A stretch of 64,000 nt of DNA, from the NCBI GenBank assembly GCA_951406725.2, contig OX597831.1, forward strand, positions 80,476,001 to 80,540,000. The letters are read 5' to 3'. Shown piece by piece: positions 43,118 to 55,547 of the stretch. Positions within the stretch are counted from its first letter, which is position 1, and each line of letters begins with the position of its first letter. The position numbers were made by a program, and so were the translations under genes. Origin of the DNA: Octopus vulgaris. Its lineage: Eukaryota. The notes under the pieces were generated by a model, which was not told the origin of the DNA, searched no databases, and saw nothing but the letters and a program-made list of their open reading frames with translations.

Positions 43118-45066
43118 CTCATGAAAAGAAGCTTGGGTAATAGAAAATATAAAGTCAAACCCTAAAGCTTTCTTTAAGTTTGCCAAAGAGACAGCCACAG
43201 TGCACCAGAGAATAGGACCTCTCTTCCAAAAATATGGCTCTCTCACAGGAAATCCCACGAGGATAAGTGAAATACTGAACGAACAGTTCCTAAGTGTGTT
43301 CACTACACCTCTAGGACACAGGCAAGTAAACAACCTGCGACCAAATAGGCAAAAATTGAGTACATCAACATTGAAGATGATGATATCACACTGGCCATAG
43401 ATGAAATTGACACAAACTCAGCTGCTGGACCTGATGGATTTCCAGCGATCCTTCTCAAATCGTGCAAACGAACCCTTGCAAAACCGCTACAGCTTCTTTT
43501 TCAGAGCTTTCTTGCAAGTGGTAAGGTCCCAGTCAAATTGAAAGAGGGGGTAATATGCCCTATCCATAAGGGAGGAAGCAGAGCAGATGCTAAAAATTAT
43601 AGGCCTATCTCTCTGACCTCACACATCAGCAAAGTCATGGAACGAATAGTCCGCAAGAAACTAATCATGTTCCTTGAAGAAAATGACTTGCTGACTGACA
43701 CCCGGCATGGATTTCGACCAGGTAGAAGCTGCCTAACACAGCTCCTGCAACACTATGACTGGGTGTGAAAACAGCTACTAAATGGCTCAAATGTGGATGT
43801 GATATATCTCGACTTTGCAAAAGCCTTTGATAAAGTCGACCACGGTATGATTTGTTACAAACTGCGTGGTCTCGGCATAGGCGGAAAACTTGGAGAGTGG
43901 CTGCACAACTTCCTAAAAGCTAGAAGACAGGCAGTTGTGAGCAATGTAGCCACCTCCAAGGAAACACAAATAACAAGCGGTGTTCCTCAGGGCACTGTCT
44001 TGGGGCCACTGCTGTTTATAGTGGCCCTTTCAGACATGCCCTCAGTTGCTAAGATAGCCACCCTTGCTAGCTATGCAGATGACACAATAGTCTCCCACAC
44101 AATACAAAACCCTGGAAATATTGCACATCTGCAACAGGAGTTAGATGCAATATACAGGTGGGCTGAGGACAACAACATGCAGTTTAATGCAGGTAAGTTC
44201 CGGGCCCTACGCTACCGGCACACAAAGGTAAACGACATGCAGACTGGATACACTGGCCCGGGAAGAATTGCAATCCCTGAGTCAAAATCAGTGCGTGACC
44301 TGGGCATTGACATGAGCAATGATGCATCTTTCCAAGTGCATATTACTAATCTGGTGATAAAATGCAGACGGCTAGCTGGATGGATTCTCCGAACTTTCAG
44401 AACAAGAGAGAAGGAGACACTGATGGTCTTATGGAAAACATTCGTCCTCAGCCGCTTGGACTACTGCTCCCAACTATGGTCACCACACAATATAAAACTA
44501 ACAACAGAACTCGAAGCAATTCAAAGAAGCTACACAAAGAAGATTGTCTCAATGCAACATATCAGCTACTGGGAAAGACTGAAAGTATTAAACCTCTTCT
44601 CCCTAGAGCGAAGGCGGGAGAGATATGCGGTGATATACATCTGGAAAATCCTGGAGGGTCTTGTCCCAAACTTTGGCTTTCAAAGTTATCCCAACTGCAG
44701 AACGGGGCGCTACTGCTTGGTGCCAAAGATTCCAACATCACCATCAAATTACAGGACCAGATAGTGCAACAACTTGGGTTTCAGAGGACCACATCTCTTT
44801 AACATCCTCCCTAAATGCCTGAGAGACTTGCATGGTGTGAATGTGGGTTTCTTTAAAACTAAACGGGATCTCTTCTTGTCGGGGGTCCCAGATGAACCTA
44901 TCTCACGACAGCAGAAACAGATGCGGGCAGCGGCATCGAACTCCCTTGTTGACCAAGTGCCACGTATCAGAGGTGGATTCACATATTAGTGTAGCTCATT
45001 CAGCGGTGGTACCCCAGCATGGCCGCGGCCCTCGGGCTAAAACATTTTTAAGGATTTAAGGATTTA
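43118..45066 (+). mobile_element. 5'-truncated CR1-group (CR1/L2/Daphne-like) LINE, RT with stops and frameshifts
   Basis: NYRPISLTS, HGFRPGRSC, LDFAKAFDKVDH, SGVPQGTVLGPLLF, YADD, RDLG; short 3' UTR with (AGGATTTA)2 tail. Confidence 0.92.
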
Positions 45067-45089
45067 TATATATATATATATATATATAT

Positions 45090-45640
45090 AAACATAATCA
45101 AATAGGGTAATAAAATAAATTATTATTACCAGTGGCCTAGCACAAAAGACGAATTAGTCATTAGACTATATATTTTTCGTATAGAAATATAATAAAATAA
45201 AAGGCTTCCAAATAAGGAATCGTAGTGCTAGAAACACAAAAAGGGATAAATTCATGAAAGGAAAGAAAATTAAAAACATTTACCATCTCAGCTATATCCA
45301 AGACCAAACGGTTTCTACCTCTTTCTTAGCAAACACACAGAATATATTTGCCAGGCCAGGTTCTTCAGTGGGAAGCCTTCGTAATCCTAGACGCACAGAC
45401 TGTTAGAAGCACATGTAGATCTAACGGTTTGTATATCCTAACTTTTCAAACCGCTGCGCAGACGCAAACCATACCCGGCGAACAGAGAGGATGCCGGTAA
45501 AAAATTTACGAACAAATTTATTAAGCAATATTTAAACATAATCAAATAAAATAAATTATTATTACCAGTGGCCTAGCACAAAAGACGAATTAGTCATTAG
45601 TCTATATATTTTTCGTATAGAAATATGATAGAATAAAATA
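45090..45640 (-). mobile_element. Non-coding HHR-containing unit (~445 nt plus ~105-nt terminal redundancy); retrozyme/pLTR-like
   Basis: Direct repeats at ~45090-45201 and ~45534-45640, HHR motif at 45298-45372, (TA)n on both sides. Confidence 0.7.
45298..45372 (-). ncRNA. Type I hammerhead ribozyme motif (variant)
   Basis: ccca-CUGAAGA-accu..hairpin..aggu-a-GAAA-cc-guuu-gGUC-uugg; one stem I mismatch and one extra A before GAAA. Confidence 0.65.
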
Positions 45641-45666
45641 TATGTATATATATATGTATATATATA

Positions 45667-45864
<198 letters not shown>

Positions 45865-45893
45865 TATATATATATATATATGTGTGTATATAT

Positions 45894-47286
45894 AATCAAA
45901 ATAAGCAACAAAAATGACTCCAGTAATTTGGTACGATCGTTTCGTACTACATCATTTTATTAAATGTTGTAAGTATTACAACAGATTTAAGATGCTGAGT
46001 ACTCATCAGCCAATTATAGAGGTTTTCCATTAATACAAAAATTTTCAAATCAAGTGGCAACATTATAGAGGACGTAGATATACAGATAAAGATGTGGATT
46101 TAAATTTTAAGAACATATGAGGTAGTGAACTCCTTCCACTGACTGACTAAGATATGGCTGTTCCTAACTGCTGTAAGGTTAGAAGCAATAAAAAATTTTT
46201 AATTGTAGAAATGGGGTAAAGGGGGTTTCAGAACTCCATAAAAGGAATTCATGTTGAAGACAGCAATTGCCACTAATAAATGCCAATTACTATTTGATGA
46301 GAGAACTAGGTCAATGTCAAATGGTCCTAATCCCATTCACAGAGAGTGTAATTTAGAGAAAAAATGGGGAAAAAACCTATCACTTATTATTATGAGTAGG
46401 CATAGTATTTTTTAACTGGGGGAAAGCCTTATTAATTTTAAAGCTAGATTAAATTTAGAAAAAAATTCAATTTCAAGTTTGCAGTGAAGTTTTTTTAGTC
46501 ATCTATGAATGTTAAATTGAAAGCTAGTATAGTATATTTCTTCTTATTTGATTATAAAGAATTAAAATTTGAAAAATATAGGAAAACTCACAAAATTATT
46601 ATTTAAAGTATTTAAACGTTCGGGTTGTGCAATGTATACAAGATGCTCCCAACTCCAGACGGTTAGTCAACAGATTTGTATTACTCTGATGTTTTAAAAT
46701 TTCATAAGTTTCCATAGAACAAAGTTGACAACCATCCCTACTATTTCTATAAGGTTGCGCTCTTCTAACTATATCCCATTTTAGGTTTAATTCTATATTA
46801 TTTGTTTTTAGTTCCCAAATTTTGCTAAATAGTGTTGTGCAACCTGCCTTATATTTGAGCCTAAAAGCGGAAAAATGATTGTTAAGATGTCTTTTAAGAT
46901 CCACCGAACATCCGAAATAAAGAAAGCTATTGCTAGAAGTTATTATCGTGCATTTATGAATTACGTTTTGGACCGAACAACGACCAGATACCGGACATTT
47001 TGATCTAATCCTACAATTACAACTGGGGGGATAGTGTCCGGTACTGGAATTATTTAAGGACAGTTCACTTACATTACTATTATTTAAATTATTATTAGTA
47101 TTAGTATTACTTTCATCATTAGTAATCACGTTGTTATGCAAATTAGGGTTACTAGTTATTAATCCATCCTCACCATCATCACCTACCATACTTTTATCTA
47201 TACTACCTATATTATTGGTATTGTTATTATCACTATTTACATCAATGTTGTTATTATTATTATTGTCATCATCATTATTAATATTA

Positions 47287-47375
<89 letters not shown>

Positions 47376-49206
47376 TTCATCATTATTATTATTATTACTA
47401 TTGTTAATGCTATTATTACAATTATTATTACTATCATTGTTGTTACTATTCATTCTACTCCTGGCTAACTTAATGTTTTTACTATTTAGTCTAGCTATTA
47501 TGGTAACCATGTTTGGGAGAGTGGAATATGAAATTCTTACTGATTTTATGATATTTAAGGGAGGCTGGGAAATTTTTTCCAGTATAGATTTAAATCTACT
47601 GTACACATTCGTCGAGTTCGCTCAATTAAAGGGAATATTTAGCCAAATGATATTTTCTCTTTTATATTTTTTTGTTTAAGTAAGAGTGGGAAGGATTAGT
47701 GTTATCAGTATTCGTACGAGAATTATTATTCCTTTTAGTGCTATTCTTATGCCTATCGGGTTTATCTAGGTTAGCATTTTCATATTTATTTATGATCTGC
47801 TCACTATTTTTACTCCTATAATTAGGTTTATACACTAGGTTCTTTTTCTCTATTAATTTATGTTTATGTAGGGTATGAGAGTTTATATTACTTACGTTAT
47901 TTACATTCACTATATTATTTAGGAGATTTGAGCTATCCATATCAAGGAAGGTGATTTCCTGGTCATATCCAGCCTTGGATAATGCGATATTGTAATGGTT
48001 AGAGTGAGAGTTAAATATTTCACTATTTGATGATAATCTTGAAATTCTTTGAGAGATATTTTTAACTAATGATTTTAGTATATTCGGTGGGTGATTAGAT
48101 GATTTACTTACATATCTAGTGACTTCGCCCTCTTTTCTAAATGGGTAATGTAACTTTGAATTTAGGTTTAAGGTAACGTCTAGGAAATTAACTATCTTAG
48201 TGTTAGGTTCATAAGTAATGCCTGGGTTAAAATCTTTGAAAACATTGCTAATTTTCTTTTTTATCCTCTCAATACTTGATTTACTGTCGCTAGGTACAAC
48301 AAACAAAGCATCATCCCTATATAGACCACCTTGTAATTCTGGGATATCTCTGTTTATGCATTTTAATAAGTATGCTCCCACCAGATTCGTTATCTCCGCC
48401 GAGTCACTAGAGCCCATGGGTATATCAAAATTATTAGGGGTATCCGCCCTAGTCCATAATTTCCCTTCAAATTCGATGATAGTTTTTCTAGCTAATAGGA
48501 TGATGTCAATTTCCTCCCTAGATATGAGAGAGCGGTTCTTAGCAAAAATAAGCGATTTATTAAGTAGAATGGGGGATATACTGGAATAGTAATTGTTAAT
48601 ATCAAATTGGATAAAAGAAATTCTATTAGTATTATCTAGAGATTTAAACCAATCTATCACCTCATCTGTATTAATCCATAGACTCAAGGGGGGATTAGGA
48701 ATTATACGGGGTAGAATATTGTCCAAAATAGATTTGCTAAGTCGGCCAATGTCTGACTTAGTTGGACATATGAGTCTTTCCGAGAGGTTTTCGGAGAAAT
48801 TTTTCTTATGGTTCTTAAGATTAATCATGGGTTCACATGGTTTTAGGGGCTCCGTTCTATCGGTCAGATCGTAATTCACCATAACTTTTTTGATTTCTAA
48901 ATTAATCTCTCTCAGATTTTTCTTAGTTGTTACTTTATACCTTAAGTTTAGTTCCTTTCTAATGAGTTTGCTGTAAGTTGAATGATCCATTCTGTAAAGG
49001 TTTCCAGTTTTGTCGGCTGGGACTAGGATGCCCTGTTAATCTTGAATAGATTTAATGAAATCCTTTAGATGTCTAAGGTGTGGATTGTGTCTTAGTGGAT
49101 GTTCCTTGAATTTTATATTTGCGATAAGGTCCAGTAGATCCTTTTCAAATCTTTCAAGCAATGGATTCGGAGGTGGGCTCTTCCTACTTCTAAAAATCTT
49201 TATAAG
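45894..49206 (-). mobile_element. Penelope-like retroelement, Naiad-type (RT plus C-terminal GIY-YIG), 5'-truncated
   Basis: ADKT, FDI..YSSI, IPMGS, LYRDD, FLDV, IIWLNIPF, CNCR..CP..GRC, GIY-YIG-like VIH..YFG, CQLC..E. Lesions: stop at 49036, frameshift at the T7 run 47667-47673, TGA at 47622-47624. The 3' non-coding end carries the HHR and abuts (TA)n. Confidence 0.92.
45925..46015 (-). ncRNA. Type I hammerhead ribozyme with complete catalytic core
   Basis: uugg-CUGAUGA-guacu..long hairpin..aguac-GAA-acgaucgu-A-ccaa; stems I, II and III all pair; GUA cleavage triplet. Confidence 0.88.
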
Positions 49207-49388
49207 GCTCCACGAGGCTCCAGCAGGGGTGTGGTGGTGATCCCTGCTGTACTCTTTCGCCACAACTTTCTCTCACTCTTTCTTCTGTTTGCCCTGCTCG
49301 CTTAGCCAGCGGGGTGGCGTCATTTGAAGGCTAAAACAATGCAAAGCAACATCTGATAGCCTGGTCGATCACGGTGATCACGGTGATA
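49207..49388 (+). mobile_element. SINE family C, 5'-truncated
   Basis: Matches 18950-19144. Confidence 0.85.
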
Positions 49389-49439
49389 TATATATATAAG
49401 GGTAACCTTGTACTTCCTCTACGACACCTGTATCAGTCT

Positions 49440-49750
49440 CACTATAACCTTTTCATTATCACCTCCTCCAATCCCTCCTCCCCTCTTAAAAGTTTTGTCT
49501 TGCAAGTACCTGGTGACCCTGTCAGTACAGGTGCCACTTAAAAGCACCCAGTCCATACTGTAAATTGCATCTAGCTGTAAAAACCTTGCCAAAACTGACC
49601 TCGTCTGTGCTTGTGCCACGTAAAACGCACTAGGTTCACTCATTCACAGAAGTCTGGTGCAGGCTTCGGCTTAGGTTGCTCTTGTGGTACCGCCCCCACC
49701 CCATGCTAGCATGGAACACGGACGTTAATTAATGATTATGATGATGATGA
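49440..49750 (+). mobile_element. Degenerate retroposon with RTE-X-like 3' tail
   Basis: Ends 'ccatgctagcatggaacacggacgtta..(GAT)n', a hairpin followed by a GAT tail. Confidence 0.55.
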
Positions 49751-50046
49751 TAAAGATATATAATGTAACAAGTCCGATTAAGATATCTTATCAATTGCCT
49801 TTGTAATAAATTTTTTAAATTGTAAAAACACTTTATGGGCACCCTGTGTATATAAATATATAATTTGAGGGAATATTATTCCTAACTTATTCTACCAAAT
49901 ATATACGTTTTATTTATTATTTTGCACATTACTTAATCATCGGTATATTATTTTTATCTTATATTTAATATTTCTATTATATGTAATTTTCTAGATGGTG
50001 TAATTTAATTTTTCATTTTGAATTGATAAAAGTTGTTTTTTTCTAA

Positions 50047-50125
<79 letters not shown>

Positions 50126-50156
50126 GTTTGTGTGGATGTATGTATCTATGTATATA

Positions 50157-50530
50157 CACTTGCGTCAGAAATTAATTAGCACTTCTCAAATTTCTACATT
50201 AAATAGGTTAAATCAATTAACCTATGAGCTGTTCAAAACGTCTTACGCGATGAGAAAACTTAGTATGGTGTGATTTCGGTCCTTGCGAGGCGCTACCTAT
50301 ATCTATTAAACAAAGGAAGATTTGTCTGCATCCGCACTCCAAGTTGTTGCACTGCTATGTCAACATCATAAGGCTGTAGACTCTCAAACTGCTCTGCAAA
50401 CAAAGTTACGTCATCGTTCTGCGCAACAGTGAACTCGCAACAAAGCAATAGTTCGAAATATGGCCACTAGGTGACAGCACATACATTGAGTGAAGAGCAA
50501 ATCAAGGGTGCTAATTAATTTCTGACGGTA

Positions 50531-50533
<3 letters not shown>
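50157..50533. mobile_element. Tc1-like MITE
   Basis: TIRs cacttgcgtcagaaattaattagcac / gtgctaattaatttctgacggtagtg, with TA on both sides. Confidence 0.88.
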
Positions 50534-50569
<36 letters not shown>

Positions 50570-50910
50570 TTTGTGTGTATGTATCTATGTATATATATAT
50601 ATATATATGTGTGTGTATATATTGATACATACATCCACACACAAATATATGCGTATATATATGTGTGTGTGTGCTTTGCATATGTGAAACCATGTAAATC
50701 AATGCATACACATACGCATATACATACAAACACATGCAAACACGTACAGACATATTCACAAACATAATCCTTCCTTATCTTCGTAGCTTCTTAACTAAAT
50801 TAACAGGAATTGCTTTGGTGGCAAGGAAATATCTCTGCCACCCGTGGGCGCCGTTTAGCGTTATTTTGGGCTCGTTGTTCTACATCCATCTTTTTAAGTA
50901 AAGTGCATAC

Positions 50911-50999
<89 letters not shown>

Positions 51000-51006
<7 letters not shown>

Positions 51007-51210
51007 CCGCGTGTGTATCTTTGGCGATTTTTTTCCCTCCGTCTTCCCTCCCTTGGATCTTTCATTTTCCTATGTTTCTGACGAAGATCTCCGCTCGAAA
51101 CTTTAAATCCTCCTCCTTTCTTTCCTTTCCTGAACGTCCAATAATACTGTACTTGTTCCACGTCTTCGCATTGTTGTGTTTTCTCTTTGTGTTTTCATGT
51201 TTGGATTAAC
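51000..51210 (+). repeat. Penelope pLTR-derived repeat with decayed minimal HHR motif
   Basis: CTGACGA-agatctccgctc-GAAA at 51078-51100; ends at (TA)n. Confidence 0.5.
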
Positions 51211-51215
51211 TTTAC

Positions 51216-51255
<40 letters not shown>

Positions 51256-51289
51256 GTATGTATGTATGTATATATACATATATATTTAA

Positions 51290-51325
<36 letters not shown>

Positions 51326-51419
51326 TTCCTTGTGCATCCCTTTACGCGCGCGCGCATGCATTTACATAGACACATACAAACACACAAACACACACACACA
51401 CACGCACGCACACACACAC

Positions 51420-51777
51420 AAACATTCATGCATATATACATACATACATACAATACATACATACATACGTACATACATACATATATACATACATACATAC
51501 ATGCATCCATACATACATATATATATACACACATACATACATACATATATGCATACATATATACATACATGCATGCATGCATACATACATACATACATAC
51601 GTACGTACGTACATACATACATACATATATACATACATACATACATACATATATGCATACATATATACATATATGCATGCATGCATGAATACATACATAC
51701 ATACATATATACATACATATATGCATACATATATACATACATGCATGCATGCATACATACATACATACATACATACA

Positions 51778-51811
<34 letters not shown>

Positions 51812-52420
51812 CATACATACATACATATATGCATACATATATACATATATGCATGCATGCATGAATACATACATACATACATATATGCATACATATATAC
51901 ATACATGCATGCATGCATACATACATACATACATACATACGTACGTACGTACTTACATACATACATATATACATACATACATACATACATATATGCATAC
52001 ATATATACATATATGCATGCATGCATGAATACATACATACATACATATATACATACATATATGCATACATATATACATATATGCATGCATGCATGAATAC
52101 ATACATATATACATATACACATACATACATATATGCATACATATATACATACATGCATGCATACATATATATATACATACATATATACATACATACATAC
52201 ATACATACATACATACATACATACATACATACAATACATACATACATACATACATACATACATACATACATACATACAATACATACATACATACATACAT
52301 ACATACATACATACATACATACATACATACATACATACATACATACATACAATACATACATACATACATACATACATACATACATACATACATACATACA
52401 TACATACATACATACATACA
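51420..52420. repeat. Compound (CATA)n/(CATG)n/(TA)n microsatellite, representative of dozens in the window
   Basis: Directly visible; similar tracts at 405-750, 10130-10600, 13690-14050, 17310-17710, 40355-40725 and 58410-58990. Confidence 0.95.
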
Positions 52421-52862
52421 CGGTATACATCTTTCACAACCGCCTCATCATGGCAATTTTTGCGATTTATTTACATACTTTATATCACAAATTAGAGTCC
52501 GACACAACGATTTCACTGAAGCAAACAGGTTGATGTGACAGAAATGGAAAGTTTCTATCAGATATAAATCCAACACTGTTTAAGTAGACGTGACGATGTC
52601 TTCAAATTGTTAAACTAAGTCCCACTGATATCAATATTGTCGTTGGGTGGTCGGCCATTTTGGAAAGAAATGAATATCTTTATATATCTATGCTATGAGC
52701 GTTTGTTCGACAGTGATAACTTTATCTATACGTGCAAGTGAGTGTGTGTATATATATATATATATATATACATACATACACACACACATACATATATATC
52801 TTTGCGTGTGATGCATGTATATGTATCCATATATATATATATATATATATACTCACACAGAT

Positions 52863-52894
<32 letters not shown>

Positions 52895-53016
52895 GTATGT
52901 ATGTATATATACGTATGTATATGTGTATATATGTATGTACGTTTGATTTTATAAGTAATCACACACGTATCTATAAAGTTCTCTATAAGATTGTGCACAC
53001 ACAAGCTCGCACGTGT

Positions 53017-53054
<38 letters not shown>

Positions 53055-53632
53055 GTGCGCGCGTGTGTATGTGTGTGTGTGTGTAAGAAGACACATAAAA
53101 AGAAATGAAAGTTTCAGGGAACGATACAAAGAACAAATGACTACCACAAGAATGAATGTAGATTTTGAAGTGTATGGAATGCGTGTGTGTGTGTGTGTGA
53201 CAGAGTGTGTGAGAGAGAGAGCGGGGTGGTGGAGAGACAGAGATAGCAAGGCGAGAGAGGAAGAAAGAGGGAACAGAGAGAATGAGTGAGAGAGATTTGA
53301 GATTTATGTCATATATATATGTATATATATACATACATGCACACATACATGTATACGGAGAGAGAGAGAGAGAGAGAGAGAGGAGTGGTGGGGAATATGG
53401 GAGATAAAGAGAAAAAGGCAGAGAGAGAAAGCAAGACAAAGGGCGGGGGGCAGAGAGGAGGAGTATATGACTAGCAGTAAATTTCATCTCCAAAATTAGA
53501 TTAAAGACTTATTTTGTACATTTACATTCAACATCATCAACATCATCATCATCATCATTCTTGCAAATATTATTATTATTACTGTTGTTGTTGTTGTTGT
53601 TGTTGTTGTTGCTATTGCTGTTGCTGTTGTGG

Positions 53633-53664
<32 letters not shown>

Positions 53665-54011
53665 TTATTAGTTTTATTCGTATTCGTTTATTTAATACTG
53701 TCCTGGTTGTCGCTGCTGTGTTGCTGCTGATGCTGTTGTTGTTGTTGTTGCTGTTATTTTCTTCGTTGTTTTTGTTGTTGTTGTTGTTGTTGTTTCTTGT
53801 TTCTTGTTGTTGTTCCCGAGATCGGAAGTTGGCAAATCTAAAATAGTTAATTTTAAGTAAATAATGATGTTTCAATTTGTATACAATAGCGACAACAACA
53901 ACAGCAGCAGCAGCAGCAGCAGCAGCAACAAGAACAACGACAACGACAACAGCAACACAGAAAAAAACCCAATCCGCTTCCCATCCATCACCGTAACAAC
54001 ATCAACAACCC

Positions 54012-54042
<31 letters not shown>

Positions 54043-54085
54043 ATCGAATGTTAACGAACGAGAGCAAAACCGTGACCACCACCAC

Positions 54086-54117
<32 letters not shown>

Positions 54118-54277
54118 GCAACAACGGCAGTTAACAGCGATAAGAGCGACAACTTCCTTTCCAGCATATTTTCATCATGGCTGCCGTTTTCACCGGGGGT
54201 CCTCCCCGCTGACTTGCCGCGTCCCTGCAGCAGCAACCACAACAACAGCAGGAACATCAACGACTGGAAACATGTTG

Positions 54278-54315
<38 letters not shown>

Positions 54316-54487
54316 CGATAATAGCAATAACAACAGCACCAACAAACACTTCTGCCTCTCTTTCGTTGCCGCCGCTTTTACAACCGTCAACGCCGCCGCC
54401 TTCGTCTCCTCTAAATGACGTCGACAAACGCTAGCATTAAGTTCAACTAAACTACGCCATTATCGCTACATTCTCTGTCTAATATAT

Positions 54488-54522
<35 letters not shown>

Positions 54523-54647
54523 ATGTGTGTGGAGGGATGTATACATATGTATGCATACATCTCTCTCTCTCTCTATATATATATATGTGTGTGTGTATGT
54601 ATGTATGTGTGTGTATATAAATATCTATGTATACTTATAGATCTATA

Positions 54648-54689
<42 letters not shown>

Positions 54690-54713
54690 CAGATGTATAC
54701 ATATATATGTATG

Positions 54714-54772
<59 letters not shown>

Positions 54773-55547
54773 GTAGATAGCTAAACAGGTAGCTTGGTTG
54801 AGGAGGGAGGGAGGTAGATAGGTAGGTAGGTAGGTTTTGGGTGTTTGGTTAGGTGGTTGGGTGGGTGGATGGATGGATGGATGGATAGATAAACAGTTTA
54901 ACTCTATCATTATTAATTCTGTTATCCTGCTTGTTCCCCCAAACCTATTTGCATGATTATATGGATGTATGTTCTTTTTCCCTCCTTTTCACCTCACACT
55001 CTCACCCACTGTCACCCCACATTCCACCCTTGCCTCCCATACAATGCAATCAAACAAAAATACATCAAGCGTCACCAACCTACCACTCCACTTCTAACCC
55101 TACACTTTGACCATTTACAAACCCCACATCCCCCACTAAAACAGCCTCAGACACTCCTCCCCCTTATCCCCATCTCAATACACAGATATATTCCTGCACT
55201 TGCGTCTACCCTCCCCCCTCTCGCCGCCTTTTTTCCCTCAAACCATTTTTCCTTTCGAGTCTCTTTTACTTTTCTTCTGTACGCCTGCCTCTGATGAAGG
55301 ACAAATGTCCGAAACAGCAAAGCTATTCCTCTTCCTTTAAGTGTTAAACTAATGCATTTGATGCAACTTGCTCCTTTTATTTTGTGTGCATAGCTTTCAT
55401 AATATGCACATGTATGTATGTATGTATGTATGTATGTACGTATGTATGTATGTATGTATGTATGTATGTATGTATGTATGTATGTATTGTATGTATGTAT
55501 GTATGTATGTATGTATGTATCTATGTATGTATCTATGTATGTATCTG

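Noticed and set aside
44362-44802. Alternative-frame and antisense ORFs overlapping LINE/PLE RTs (also 41082-41575, 48218-48874)
   Set aside because: Shadow ORFs of the transposon coding sequence.
53864-54418. 184-aa ORF with poly-Q/H/N/S resembling a transcription-factor low-complexity region
   Set aside because: No DNA-binding domain, includes a (TTTC)n tract, and has no convincing splice structure.
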